From Lama glama (Eukaryota), in contig CM052818.1 in the NCBI GenBank assembly GCA_028534125.1, positions 47,494,001-47,558,000 of the forward strand: a stretch of DNA of 64,000 nucleotides, written 5' to 3'. Shown here piece after piece: positions 62,551 through 64,000 of this stretch. Numbering within the stretch: the stretch's first letter is position 1; each line of letters starts with the position of its first letter. The notes below the pieces were generated by a model. The model did no database searches and was not told the origin of the DNA. It worked only from the letters and a program-made list of their open reading frames with translations. The position numbers and the translations under genes are program-made.

Positions 62551-64000
62551 CCAGGGCTTCAGGCAGATGGGAGACGCAGAGGACACCTGCCCACAGTGGA
62601 CAGAGTCCCTGCACGTTGTGCACAACGGTTCCCTTGGTGGGCAGCCCTGGGCAGGTGGGGCTGGGTCCCACGGCTCGGATGCTAAGCCTCAGGGGCAGGG
62701 AAGCCACCTCTGTCCCTTGGAGGGAGACAGGGCAGGTGGCTCCCAAGACACCTTGGTCATCACAGAAGTTAAGGGAGCAATGCAGACCGTGCTGTTTCAC
62801 TCAGTGTTTGAGGTTTTCTAAGAGGCTCCCATCTTGGCTTCTTGGACCACCTTCCATCATTTGTGGATAAGCCCTTTGTCCAGGACAGTTTAGGACCTCT
62901 CAATTCTTCTTTCTCCCATGCCCTTGTCCATGGCACCCCTTCCAATAAATGGAAACACACACATGTTCCCGATAAATGGGGGCCTTGGCCACACTTCGGG
63001 GACTGCATTCAACTATCAGTACACAGTCATGATGGATGCAGAAATATTAAAGGGAATCCAACAAAAGCAATAGAAACTATTAGAGTTTAGTGTTTAATTT
63101 GAGGGTTATAATAGAGGAGGGTTTCCTGTGAATTATATTAGCTTCATTAGGTTAATGACATAATATTAACATGTTGTAGTGTCTCTAAATCTTTCTGCAG
63201 ATCCAAGCATGGAGGGAGTATGTTTAGTTCTCCTTGAACTTGGCAGTTTAATTCCAGATCAGGGGAGGTAGAAACAATCTCATGTCATTCAGAACCTCCC
63301 TCTCCACGGCTCCCAGGCTGTGTCCAAGTCCTAGGAGACTGTGATGTGCCCAGCATCTAGGTGGGCAGGGGGATGGGAGACAGGATGGTCATGCTGTCCA
63401 CTAGTTACTGAACTGCCGGTTCCCCAGGCTTCGGTCCAAGTCAGCACTGACATGACCTTTCCACCCCACCTGCGGGCTCTACTCAGGTCCAGAGTCCCTC
63501 TGCCGATTCAGCCCCAGGGCGGCGTGGACGTCTTTCCTCTGCACAGACCTGGGGGGGTCTGGTGCAGGTCTGCCCGCCTACCTCGTGGTCTGCCACCTCT
63601 TCCCGCTCAGACCAGAGGGCATGAGGCCCCCTGCGTCCTGTCCACACAAGCCCCGGCCTTGCTGCTTTTTTTGTTTTTTGTTTTGTTTTAGTTTGGTTTG
63701 GGTTTTTTTTTTTTTTTTTTGGCTCCATCCTTAAAGAAGACAACAGAGATTTTATTTTCCCCTTAGAAAGTTATCCTACGGTCTTTTACTCCTCATTTAA
63801 TTATCCTGTTTCAGGAATCCATCTTCAGAGTCTCCAGTGAGGGGAGGCGGTATGAGGAGGGGTCCTCATACTTGGCACGTTCTTGCCCAAATGTCTCTGC
63901 TAGGAATCCTTTCTGTTCCTCTAGAGACCTAGGACTTGAAAAGACCTGGAATAAAACATTTTCCCCTTCTGCTCGCAGGTGAAACTTCCTTCCTTGAGGC

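Overview
Non-coding mammalian genomic DNA, either intergenic or deep intronic. One tRNA-derived SINE of the Vic-1 type (54796-54984) and cetartiodactyl-style L1 3' ends point to a camelid assembly; three N-gaps are present. I find no credible host protein-coding exon, RNA gene, CRISPR array or prokaryotic system. The listed ORFs are chance ORFs, microsatellite translations or decayed LINE fragments. A large part of the window is recognisable interspersed repeat: two large internally deleted L1MC-type copies, younger L1 3' ends, L2, MIR, MaLR/MER21/ERV LTRs and hAT MITEs. The rest holds enhancer-like blocks: an orphan CpG island, a TALE/HOX palindrome, a tandem RFX X-box cluster and CTCF-like motifs. 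The least obvious signals are (i) a very old CR1/L3-clade reverse-transcriptase fossil at ~35.3-35.6 kb that is unexpectedly CpG-rich and motif-laden (exaptation candidate), with a probable second one at ~37.1-37.3 kb, and (ii) an L1 with a twin-priming-type 5' inversion at ~19 kb. I do not see evidence for a new biological system. Repeat family names come from recalled consensus sequences rather than a search, and boundaries of old repeats are approximate (tens of bp).
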